NCBI GenBank assembly: GCA_012295275.1
Contig: CM022673.1
Location: forward strand, 13,082,001-13,146,000
Reading direction: 5' to 3'
Source of the DNA: Chrysomallon squamiferum
Lineage: Eukaryota; Animalia; Mollusca
Length of the DNA stretch: 64,000 bases
Positions 13,789 to 25,315 of the stretch are shown here, one piece after another. The notes under the pieces are model-generated. The model saw only the letters and a program-made list of their open reading frames with translations. It ran no database searches and had not been told where the DNA came from. A program made the translations under genes and the position numbers. Numbering within the stretch: position 1 is the stretch's first letter; each line of letters begins with the position of its first letter.

Positions 13789-15829
13789 AAGTTAATAAAA
13801 AATATAAAAAATATAGCAATACATGAAAATAATAAATTCCCTAATTAATAATTTTAATACTAATAAATAGCTGAGTAGATGATTAATTTTTGCTATTTTA
13901 TTTATTTCTGTTATTGGTTGCATTTAATATTAAACCAGATAAACATAAATAGCAAGTAAATAATTAATGAAATAATGTATATAATATTAATAAACAAAAA
14001 TATAAATAAATATAGAAATATAAATACAAATAAACAAGTCATTAATAAACAGAAACATGAATAATGAATAATGAATAATAATAATAATAATAAAAACATT
14101 AATAAGCACCTGAATAAATAAATTTTGAAATATTTCATACGATCCTAAAATAAAACTGAAAATGACTAAATAATTACCACAAATATTTTTTTTTTCTTAA
14201 TTACCGTAACCACCCATTAGATAATTAGTGAAAATAACGAGCATTCATTAGATCACTTTGATATCGCACACATGATTAACAACTACTTGTGTATTGACTG
14301 ACAACCAATATGTATTATATACATCACTGAATCACAGCACTAAAACTGACACCAACTTTGACAACTCTTAACTTGCCTAGAGGAAATGAAAAATTTCTTT
14401 ATAAAAAAAATGATTATTATTATTATTATTTTAAAAATGTAAAACAGTAATAACTATGCAAATTGTTGCTGCTTAAGATGTAAAAGAATGCGACTAAAGC
14501 AAGCATTGGTAACATATTTTAAAAGGATTATTTATTTTTTTGATTTTTACATACATACACACAATTTCTTTAATTATTTATTTACTGTTTTCTATAATTT
14601 TTATATAACATTAAAAATATATATGTTTTTTTAATTTTTTAATAAACATATCTTATTTCATATCATTTTTTAATAGACATAAACTATTTTCTATCATTTT
14701 TAAAGACTTTTTTTCCTTTATTAAAAATGTCAGAGAAGATATTTAACATGCCTTTCACAGGTATTCATATAAAAACAGTAATGTGTCAATTGCAAAGAAA
14801 TCTGAACTTTATCAATGTAGAAAAAAACAGATTGCAAGTGGTAAAGAAAACAACATCACACTGAGTTTACAAATAAAACATCAACAAGGGTTGAATAATC
14901 TCTGAAGTTAATTAGAAATCTGATCAAGCAAACCTGGCTGCTATGAATGGGTCTGTTGTGTTAAATATGAGGACCGTAGTAGTTACTGTTAAACTCGATA
15001 CATTCTGAGGTCATCGAATTCTTTTTTGTGGTGTGAGATACATCACATTTTTAAAACTGATCTCATTACATTCCGAACACTGACCAGATACATACAAACT
15101 TACACACAGACAGCATTAAAAACACAGGTGTGCACGTAAAATAAGTAAAACTATACGTATTTAATATTCTTATAAAAACATACACACACATTTGGACATA
15201 TATACTTATATATTTACAAAAAAAAACACAGACCATTTATATATCTATATACTAATATATTGAAAATGAAAGAAAAAAAAATTCTAGAATTAAAATTCAC
15301 ATTTTTGTAACAAATGCATCTCTAAAACAGCTTGAATTACAACACGAAAATTAACCCAGTTTGACATCAATAAACGTTTCTAAAGTCAAAAAATGGGGAG
15401 AATCTTCTGACGTGAAATTCTTGTCATTTTCAACTAGCCGTGAAGACAACGTAGCAGGCATCGTCTGCGTACGGGTGGTTAAGTCACAGACAGCACGCCG
15501 TCCTGCATGTCTCGTGACGAATATAGCACAGAATGACAAAGAAACATGACAGTTGACGCATTCCATGTTACTGTAATTGCAGGGGGAGTGGGGGGGAGAG
15601 CGAGAAAGCGGTGCTTGGATACCAAGATGATGTCAGATACTACAGGAGTGGATCCACGAATTAGAACAGGGGTGGGATCCAAGATTTAAATAGAGGGATA
15701 GTTATAAGATTTAAAAAAAATATATTATTTTAAAAACAAATTGATCCATGGTTTTAAAAAAAAGGATATATGTAATATTCAATGAGTAACTTACTGTGAA
15801 AACCCCCCAAATATATAGCCTATATATAT

Positions 15830-15864
<35 letters not shown>

Positions 15865-16489
15865 CAGATGAAAATATAAGGGTTCTTATTGCCAAGAACA
15901 CACCTTTCTTTAACTGAATTGTAATCTTAGAATGATGACAAAATCTATTCCTCTTTTTCTTTTTTTTTTTTTTCTCTCACTTAAATTCCAGGACTTATTG
16001 TTTTTGTCTTTGTTTTTTTAAAGGATCTTTTCCTTTTGTTTTATTCTCAAAAAAAAAATAAAAAATAAAAACGATTCAGACAAGTAAATCCCAAAGGTTA
16101 AGGAAAAAAAGAAATGTCTTGCAAAGAGGGCTAGATATTCAGTCATGGCACAGATCCCATAAAGCTGGACTAAAGTTGTGAATTTGTTGAGTCCAACGCA
16201 AACACTTGAGATAACTGGCCTTCAAATGAACAGTCCACACACAAAATGAAAAAAAAAAAAAAACATCTTGAAGGAAAGAGTTAAACAGAAAGAGGCCTTC
16301 TCTCTCGTAATGTTTGAATCAACAAGGAGAAAAGCTCGTAGGAGCCAGGTAAATGTAAAGCACAGATTATCCATTCATCTGGGGATCAGATTTTTAAGTA
16401 TACTGTTACGATCGGCCCAACCCTGTGTGTTTGTGTGTAGATGTTTGTTTTATCTCTCACAGGGTGTCACAGGTAATATTTAAAATACC

Positions 16490-16960
16490 TGCCAGGTATG
16501 ACTGAAAGCAGATGCATTAATTAAATTATGAATAATATCTTCTGCATGTAAATATTAATTTAGGTGTAGGTATTAATAAATTCTACAAGTAAAATATATC
16601 TGAAATGCAGGTATAAAATGTATCACATACAGGTATTGTATATTCTACAGTCAAAATGTATGTAAATGTAGTAAAGTACTTCTTGCCCAGGTATTTAAAT
16701 ATTGTGGACAGGTAATTATATGTAAATGTACTTCATGCACAGGTACTAAAATATTGTGGACAGGTAAATGTACTTTTCTTACAAGTATAAATATTCCTAA
16801 GGTAATTACATCTACCTGATTTGTACCAAGGTATTCTTCTATCCATCTTAAATATTTGACAAAATGGATCCTGCCTTTTTTGTAAACTGCATGTGTGGTA
16901 GGTATCTCAGTAATGGTAGAGGTATAATTAAGAGACAGAGCTTTATCAACAGGTACTTGT
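16490..16960. repeat. Degenerate CAGGTA-containing minisatellite
   Basis: Many caggta/taggta/caagta units, including a duplicated aaatattgtggacaggtaa...atgtactt. Confidence 0.6.
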
Positions 16961-18861
16961 AAAACGAGAGATAGAGAGAACCGACCAAACAAAAGCATCC
17001 AGGCATATAAAAATGTAGTTTGCTGATGTTGAAGGTGTAGACTGATCCCCTCATGATGGTGTGCTTGAGCAGAAGACTGTAATTACATAGCCAGTGGGTT
17101 TTTGTCATAATGGAGAGGGTTTTTGTAAATCAGTTCCATTGTCAGACACTACCTCAGTCTTTTAACATGTCCACCTCTGAACAACTAACTGCTTCACTCA
17201 ACACTTCAGTGAAATACTTGCTTACATGTAAATCTTACTTATTTTTAAATATAAAATAAAGTATTTAAAATATTCTATAAATAAATAAATATATATATGA
17301 TTTCTTAGACTTCAGAGTTATTTTTGAGTTTCTGTATTAAATAATGGTTAAATGATCATTTGTGTCTCAAAATTTCAGTTAGGATACTACAAAAATATTC
17401 TTTAAAAGTGTGTTAAAATATCTCAGACATAATAAACATAATAAAATTGAGTGTAAATTTTTTACCTTTTTTTTAAACTGAAAACTATATGTTTGAATGC
17501 ACTGAATACACTGTAGATTATTTAAATTTTGTTCTATTATGTATAACATTGTAACTTAATACAAAAACATTTTTTTTTTAAATTTGGTATATTTTGAAGT
17601 ATGTATAATGTAACTAAATGATTAACTAATATTTTATATACAGAATTATAAATTAAAATTTCTTCGAAAGTACTAGATATCTTTATATTTTTGTTTTTGA
17701 AGATTAAAAATGTATTTCAAAATAAATCCCTTATTTTTAGAGTTACAACAACTTATAGATATATACAAATTCTGAATCGTTTAAAATATACTCACTAATT
17801 TCTAAATAAAAATTTAAAATGTATCTTACAATTATTAATAAAATTTATTATATAGTATTTAATATATTTTATACCATTCACTGTTTTGTTGTTTTTTTTA
17901 TTTATTTATTTATTAAGTGATAGGCAAAAAAATGTTTTCACAAAAAAAACAAAAATTGATTTTGTTAAGTTTCTTCAGGCTGTCAGCAGTTTGTTATAAC
18001 CGAGTAGTTTTATTCAGAGTAAAATACACACAGGGAGAGATGATGGGCGAGGTCAATTCACACCTGCTCTCAGGTGGACAGGTCATCCAGGTATGTTTGT
18101 GTGTAATCGTTAAGTTATAAAAACATCCGTGACTCTGAATTTTCAATTTCTGTTAGGTTATAAAAACATTTCTGAAGCAGGATTTATAATTTTTAAACAA
18201 TATATTTGTGTGTGTGAGCATATGTTTTTGTAAGTTTTATTTAAAATATCAATTCTTAACAAACTATTATTTTGCTGAGTTTTAATAGTATTGTACTTGT
18301 TTATTTATTTATTTTTAATTTATTTATTTTCATTATTATTATTATTATTATTTGTTTCAAACAGAAAATTAATGTAATACCAAGTAAATAATATTATGAA
18401 TCAAATATTAATTTTATATCACTGTTTTTGTTCTAAAATGTTTCAATTAAAAATCTTTAAACTTTCGTTTTTTTAATTAACATATATAATATTTATCATT
18501 TTCTTCATAATATTTTTTTTAATATTTATCTACACATCTTAAATAAATTATTATTTTCAACGTTCGTTTTGTAAATTAATAATAACTATTTTTTTATACA
18601 TTTCGAGTTTGACATAAACTGCATTGCCCTGATCACGCGGTAAACATCACTACGTGTAATACACTGTGTATAACACATGTCCGTGTGTATTATAAAATAT
18701 ACATAGTACTTGAGTAATACACGGAAATATTACTGTCGTGAACTGTTTAAAATTAGCCATTATTTTAACACATTGGTATTTTATCGTGTGATACTAGCAT
18801 GTACAACACACAGGTGTATATATATGTTATCAAAATAAAATGATTTGTGACAGTTACTTAC

Positions 18862-19013
18862 ATTGTGTTAGATGAATTCCAGTACACGGGTACCCGCCTG
18901 CCGCTGTCCACGACTGACACCATGGACATAGCTAGTGGTAGCAGTAAGATGTAATACTGAAGTATCCACGGCATTCTACGGTAAATCTTCACCATGGGGT
19001 TATCAAACACCAT
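18862..19013 (-). CDS. EFN: Ephrin (Eph receptor ligand), first coding exon: signal peptide plus start of ephrin receptor-binding domain
   Basis: Manual translation of the minus strand gives MVFDNPMVKIYRRMPWILQYYILLLPLAMSMVSVVDSGRRVPVYWNSSNT plus 2 nt (AT), then donor GTAAGT (plus strand acttac 18856-18861). A hydrophobic signal peptide is followed by VYWNSSN, the hallmark N-terminal ephrin motif (cf. AVYWNSSNP in ephrin-A5, PIYWNSSNS in ephrin-B2). The intron is phase 2 just after WNSSNx, as in vertebrate ephrins. An in-frame TAG lies shortly upstream of ATG 19013; the alternative start is ATG 18995. A vs B class cannot be determined from this exon. Confidence 0.9.
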
Positions 19014-19105
19014 CGTTCTCGTTAAAAACTATTCGTATTCCCTCGCCCTGACATCCACGCACCTAGTACCAATCCATGAAACTCAGAATCTGTATAAAAC
19101 TTTTC

Positions 19106-19137
<32 letters not shown>

Positions 19138-19346
19138 CTTAAATTCGTTCCTTTTTCTATCTATCTCTATCTCTCACACCGATGTCTTGTTTTCCTCTTT
19201 TTTTATCCGCTAGAGAAAATGTTGTTTGTTCTGTTTTCACTTTCCGAGCGACTCTCCGCTACTTCTCACCCGTACTGTCGGAGCTATCTGTCTCTCACTG
19301 TGTGTGTGTGCGCTCGCTTGCTACGCGAAAGAACGGCCGACTGACT
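19014..19346 (-). other. Putative 5' UTR of the ephrin transcript, with two short uORFs
   Basis: Lies between the Inr-like motif (~19346) and ATG 19013. uORFs are ATG GAT TGG TAC TAG (19077-19063) and MSGRGNTNSF* (19054-19022). The TSS is inferred. Confidence 0.5.
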
Positions 19347-19900
19347 GAAATAGCCGAGTCACGTGACGAGGCTCGGGGACGCCAGTGGCAGGAGCTGAGC
19401 GAGTGTGTGTTTTATGAATGGGTCTCGTACAAAACGATGTTAGAGCGGTCTTGCTTTGCTAACAGATAGATAGAGAGAGTTAGAAAAAAAAAAAAATGAA
19501 AACGACTTTTAAGTCGTTTGAATATTCATTATCACCATGGTAAGAACTAATTTACGTCTTGGAAACAATAAAAAAAAAATTAAAATTTTTTTATTTTTAA
19601 ATCCGGTTGTTTAAGACGGATTTCGGTGTTTAGCGGGGATCAAAGATGGACTTAGTGCGGACTCGCCGGGGTTTCCCTGTGTGGGATAAGCTGGAGGGAA
19701 TTGCGAGTAAATTAACTATTGTCAGATAGCGGGAGGGTACGAAATTACTTTTTCCTAACACACCAGTGTTGATCAGGTCGCATTAGTCACGAAAATAAAA
19801 ATAAAATACATGTTCAGTCAACATAACAGGTCGGCAGCCCACGCAAGGTGGTCGTATTGCTGAGGTTTCGTCTTGGTAACATAAACGGGACAAAAATTAA
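19230..19900 (-). promoter_or_regulatory. CpG-rich promoter region of the ephrin gene
   Basis: Strong local CpG/GC enrichment over the AT-rich background. Minus-strand tandem Inr-like TCAGTCAGTC at 19339-19348; palindromic E-box GTCACGTGAC at 19358-19367. Confidence 0.7.
19358..19367. promoter_or_regulatory. Palindromic E-box GTCACGTGAC (USF/MiT-TFE, CLEAR-type)
   Basis: Perfect 10-bp palindrome immediately upstream of the putative TSS, embedded in AGCC-ga-GTCACGTGAC-ga-GGCT. Confidence 0.6.
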
Positions 19901-21429
19901 CAAAAATAAATAAATAGTGACTGGTGTAATAAAAGAATATCCTTTTATGTGTTTGTTGTATCTTTCACGTGTGCCTTTTTTTTTAATTATATATTAAACA
20001 TTTTTTTTTATTATTGATAGTAACATTTTTTTTTTTTTCACACACACACAGTCACACACACACGCACACTTTAGCCAGCAAATCAAATCACAAATTAACA
20101 TTCAAGATTATAAAATTAAAATAACATTCCTGTTATTATATAGTTTAAAAAAAAAAAAATCAATTTGGTTGTATAAAACGCATTATGCTGTTTGTAATGA
20201 TGTAATTATTTGTTAATCAAAACCGATGGATTAATTATGAAGGGGGACAATGTATAATTACACCTTGTTAGAAACGCTAACGTGTAATTACTGCTGAAGA
20301 TTTCCTCTCATTGATTATTTCTAATTTTCATTAGCAGTTTACTTCCTCCCTGAAAACCCCATTAAAAACTACAATAGATTATTATTATTATTAGGTGTTA
20401 CTCTGAAAAAAAAAAAAAAAATTTTTTTTTCTTATTTTGGTTTTTCATTTTATATATTCAGTATGTACATAATTTAAAATTTGTTAGAATTTATTAAGAA
20501 ACAAATTTTAATCTAAATATTTTATGGAAAAAAAAAGGAGATAATTTTTGTTGTGCAAAAATGTTAAAAGTAATTTTTACTTTACGTTTGTTGAATATTA
20601 CGTTATAAATTATATTTAAAAAAAAAATTTAAAAATGTTTAATTACGAATCAAAATAATGAGTGAATTAATAAAACAAAATAAAATTAAATTAAATTAAA
20701 ATGAAATAGTAAAAGAAAATTTAAAAAACCCAACAAAAACTAACAAAAAAAAACCACACACACGAAAATACGATTTGTATTCAATAGACTGTCAATTTCA
20801 AACTTCAAAGTTTTTTTTTTTTTTGAAAAATTCTTAAAATTCTGCAAGATATATTACCATTACTCATATCCTGAGGATATTTACACTCACCTATCAATGT
20901 GTCACCTATGTGTTACGATATATATAAACCACCTATCTGTTACTACCTGTATGTAACACCCAGGTGATACTTTGTGTCTACAACAAAAGATAACAGTCCA
21001 CTCTATAATTTAAACAACCCAGGATGCCCTTCCTACACTATCTGACCACTGCTGACCAGTCCTAACAGGTAAACAAAACTTGGTCACTTTTTGACTACGC
21101 TGGTTATACGAGTAAACAATACTCTTTTTTTTTTTTACTTTATCTTGACCAAACACCTCGACTTACTTTATCACTCATGACACATATTTTACTTAATAAA
21201 GCAACGTTTCATGATAACGTTTCATGTTTGGGTGTTTATGACAATTTTAGTGACAGACTTGGCGATACAGATCCTTAGTTGAAGGAATACCTGAGTTAAT
21301 GCAAACACACGGCCAGGTGTGTAACTTTCCAGGTATGGAAGATTTGGACAGCGTCAAGTGACTATTTATGTCAGGTTTGTTTAAAGAAAAATACGGAGAA
21401 TGCTTTGCCGTCTGATCACTTAACGAGGA

Positions 21430-21700
21430 TATTTCAGTAACTTTTTAATAATTTGTGTAAATATTTTAAACCTTGTACGTTTCTGTAACCGTTTAGTAAA
21501 ATTGTGTAAATATTTAAACTTTGTACATTTCTGTAACTATTTAGTAAATTTGTGTAAATATTTTAGCGTAGATATTTTAGTAACATTGCAGTCATTTTTT
21601 TGTAAATATTTAAACTCGAATATTTCTGTTTCAATAATTTTGGTAAACTTTTAAACGAAAATATTTTGGTAACGTTTTAATAAAATTTATAAATATTTTA
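21430..21700. repeat. Degenerate ~49-bp tandem repeat
   Basis: ttgtgtaaatatttaaac.ttgtac.tttctgtaac..tttagtaaa recurs at ~21452, 21501, 21549 and ~21598. Confidence 0.75.
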
Positions 21701-22699
21701 AATTTGTTATTTCTGGCTTATCTCTCAAAGAAATGCCCACAAAAGAAAACTCCTTGCTAGTCAGTAAAAATATCTTATGCAGTGATATCAGATAAATTTA
21801 ACACAATAATTATGCTTAACACTTATTAACCATTAATGTTAAAAAATATTAACATATTATTAAATATATATTCATCCTTTTTTTTTTTTTTTTTTTTTTT
21901 AAATTCTTTACATTTATTTACTTATTTTCTGATACAAGACACAAACACATGATTACCGTCAAAACTCTAAATATGTTTATATAATGTTTTGAAATAAGAT
22001 AATCTATGAAATGCCTGTTGGGTATTTAATATTTCACCCATAAAAGGAATTTAATAATAAATAAGGATTACAGAGAAAAATGTAATTAAAGAGTATACAG
22101 AAATGTCTGGCTTCAGGCTCTCATACATCCAGATTACCTAAACAATGATTGTAAACATAAACACAGACTAATAATATATAACACAGGTAATTTCTTTGTT
22201 ACTGGTATTTATGTATGTTTAATATATTATTTAGAGACCATATCTCACATAATGTCTTTGTTCCCCTATTAATATAGGTATTTGTATAATGATGTGTATT
22301 CATTGATCATAAGATTATGTCACTTTGATCCGTGATTTCATCATCTAAATAAGTAAATTGCATATTTACGTAAATATATGTGTGTAATATTAAGTATGAC
22401 TGTTTCTTGTTATTTATTTTAAAACGATTTTTTAAAACATTTTATTCATTTATTTGATTAATTTGATCTATTTTATTTTGTTTATTTATTCATTCATCCA
22501 TTTATTTATTTATTTATTTATTTATTGATTTTCCTTTTTTCAGTTCTGCAACTCTGGAAAGCTACAAATAATAATTTTACAACACTAAATGTCATCTTTC
22601 CAGAAACTGAAAGCCACTGTAACATTTTAACAGTGTAGTACACAGAATCCACAATGTTACAATATTTCAATAATTAATTTTTAATCCTGCTGCGAAGAT

Positions 22700-22960
22700 G
22701 AGAGTATTATAGTACCACACAGTAACACAAAGTATTAAAATATACAACACCATTGTAATACAGTAAAATAGACTGTTATTATAAAGTAACACTCTGTATA
22801 TTTACAACAAATACACAATTTCGTAGACGATTATAAGACATCACACTGTATTTTTTTTTAATATAAACACGTAATTTAAAGAGGTGTATTATAAATGATC
22901 ACACTATATTTTTACAACAAATATACTATTATTACAAAGTATCGCAGTGTATTTTACAGC
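22700..22960. repeat. Degenerate ~40-58 bp tandem repeat
   Basis: attataa...atcacactgtatttttacaacaaata recurs 4-5 times. Confidence 0.55.
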
Positions 22961-23459
22961 TCAGTGGTATACCTACAAGTACCTCTTGTTATTCAGACCA
23001 CTTTGACAATATGAACATCTTCGCATTAGCTGAAGAAGTGTCTCTCTTTCGATCTATAGCCCCCTACTGCTTCGAGATACAGTTTCATAATTCAGCTACC
23101 TTAAAAAAAGAGTCCACTATTCAAAAAGTCTTTTTACAATGTAATAACAGTTAGTTTCCTATAGTTTTTAGAAGATTATTTAGTGTTAAAAATGCGTGTT
23201 TTTATGATGTATTTTTAGCTCAGTACTTCATTCAAAATTTTCATAAAAAAAATAAGTTATTCATAATCTCAGCCTTTGTTAAGAGAATATTCATCACTTT
23301 CTATTCAATGATTATTATTATTATTTTTTTTTTTTCTTTCTTTACTTTCTTTTTTTAGTGTATGTTTTGATTCCTTTTTTTTTTTTTCTTTTTTTTTATT
23401 TATACTTTATAATAACGACACAGCTATCTTGCTTTTTTATTTTTTTTTTTTATTTTCAC

Positions 23460-23909
23460 TACCCAGAATAAAACCCGGCTAATGTACTCCGCCCAAAACC
23501 GAAATGATAGAAAGTTCGACCACTGAAGCGTGCAGTGACACGGGGCCAAGAAAATGAAGTTTCATAGAGTGCTTGGGATTCTGTCTATTGTTGTCCATTG
23601 ACTGGCGCCGGCGACGACAGTCACGCATGGCCGACGTCAAATTACAAGCCGTCTATGCGTCGTCACCCGAGGGTGCATCGATGTACGTAGCTTTCACAAC
23701 ACTCACAACACACACACACACACTGTAAATAGCCCTCCATCAATCACGCACCTTGCTAGGAGGGAAAGCACGTCTATTGTGGGTGCTGGTCGTATCATGG
23801 ATGGAAGGACGGACGGACAGTTCGCCACTGAATCACGGAGACAATTGTGGTAATAAAAAAAAAAAAAAAAAAAAAAATATTTGTCAGCTGACCAATCAAG
23901 ATGAAGTAA

Positions 23910-23940
<31 letters not shown>

Positions 23941-24030
23941 CTGGCCCTTTCCATTTGCCAATAATGCTCGTCAGTCAATTCAACACGTCTTCAGTGTTGG
24001 ACGTTTTTATTTTCCCCAGTAAGTGACCTT
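23460..24030. promoter_or_regulatory. Second CpG-rich island (enhancer or divergent promoter candidate)
   Basis: Dense CpGs (e.g. ggcgccggcgacgacagtcacgcatggccgacgtc), CCAAT at 23892 and ~23958, TCAGTC at 23971, GTAAGT at 24019. Confidence 0.45.
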
Positions 24031-24597
24031 TTATATATGTTTCTCAGAGCGGAACACTGACAGTTGACTTGAATTATTTATCTAAATAAAAACAAACAGA
24101 TTCACCCACTGTGGTCACTGTTGTTGGTCATCTGGTCAAGTGTGGTTTAGGTTTAAACGTCAGATAATTAACATATTTTATTGACTCTGTGTACATATAT
24201 ATATATATGTATGTGCGTGTGTCTGTATGCGAGCGAGTGAAAGAGAGACAGATTCAGCGAGAAAGAAAGAAAGAGAAAGGATCGATGCAGTGTTTGTGAA
24301 TTTCGCATACAATTATGTACATTTAAATGTATTTATTTAATTTGTCTGCACGCAGTTATAAATGTATGTGCATGAGGATGTGTCTGTGTGTATATATACA
24401 AATGAGATCTTGTTAGATAATCACATTATAATATTAATTGTTTATCATTACTATCGATAATGTTTTCTTTAACAAAGATCTTAATGATTGTAAATTTGCT
24501 ACTAATACTGCAGAAGCTTTTTTCCTTATTATTTTTTTTCATAACGCAATGATTTTTTTGGGGGGGTTTTAAACACTTTTTTAAATATTACATTTTT

Positions 24598-24712
24598 TGA
24601 TGCACAGTTAAGACGCACTGGTTAGAACGGTAAAAAAAGCTCAAACGGTTTAGTAATGAGGATTGATCTCACAACCCGACACTTCTGTCACCAACTGAAC
24701 TACAACCCACCC
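24598..24712 (-). mobile_element. Decayed tRNA-derived SINE head
   Basis: The minus strand starts gggtgggttgtagttcagttggtg (A-box-like) ... gggttgtgagatcaatcctc (B-box-like) ... ttctaaccagtgcg. Confidence 0.45.
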
Positions 24713-25199
24713 GATTATTCACAGTTTGCAGCTAATCGATACCAGGTAAATAATCAAAACAAAATTATTGACCTGCAGTAGAATCGAGTCGGTGTTGAGA
24801 GAGAGAAAAAAGTGAACAGTGAGGTTAATGTAGTAATAACCAGATTGACTCAATACAGAGCCGTGTAAAAAACGCTGAACAATTGAATCTCCTTTGATCT
24901 CACTTTTATTACACACATCGACTGAGATGAAAAATGAATTTTTTTTTTTTTCCTTTCTATAACCAATCAAGTACGGCTTGCCGCTGCTGTCAACGATGTT
25001 GCACAATAAATTGATAAAGTTTCGTACTAAGCTTTTTTTTTTTTTTTTTTCGTTCCTTATAATCATTGGTTTATTGGTATAATTTGAATAGATTTGATGA
25101 ATGACTTACTTTGAACTTATTTTTATTGTGGAGAAGGAAACAATTGTGAGTTGTTGTTTTTAATAAAAACTCAAATGTTTCGCATACTTTTGCTCTGCA

Positions 25200-25315
25200 A
25201 GCTTTAATTCAGTCGTGGAATGATTGTCTGGGATCTAGAGGTAACAGGGATCAATACTGTTTAATGGTGTACCAAATAATATGGTATGTGTTTGCTTGTC
25301 TGTGGGATGCCATGC
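25200..25315 (+). mobile_element. Decayed SINE (tRNA-like head + Nin-like core)
   Basis: taattcagtcgtggaatg...gtaacagggatcaatac...ggtgtaccaaataatatggtatgtgtttgcttgtctgtgggatg matches the core of the copies at 3700 and 36900. Confidence 0.55.

Larger units (their letters stand above)
1..18861 (-). other. First intron of the ephrin gene (>18.8 kb, runs off the window)
   Basis: Begins at the GTAAGT donor at 18861. No ephrin exon-2 motifs (D.LDI.CP, KF..KFQ.FSP, EF..G..YY.IS) were found in the ORF track or in the parts of 1-18861 I translated by eye. Long first introns are typical of ephrin genes. Confidence 0.75.

Noticed and set aside
15351-15682. Overlapping ORFs in a CpG-rich intronic island
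   Set aside because: No ephrin or other domain similarity; better explained as a non-coding element.
18994-19469. Plus-strand ORFs (116 aa and 95 aa) over the promoter
   Set aside because: They are antisense to the ephrin 5' UTR/promoter, cross TA/T/TG runs and have no protein-like features.
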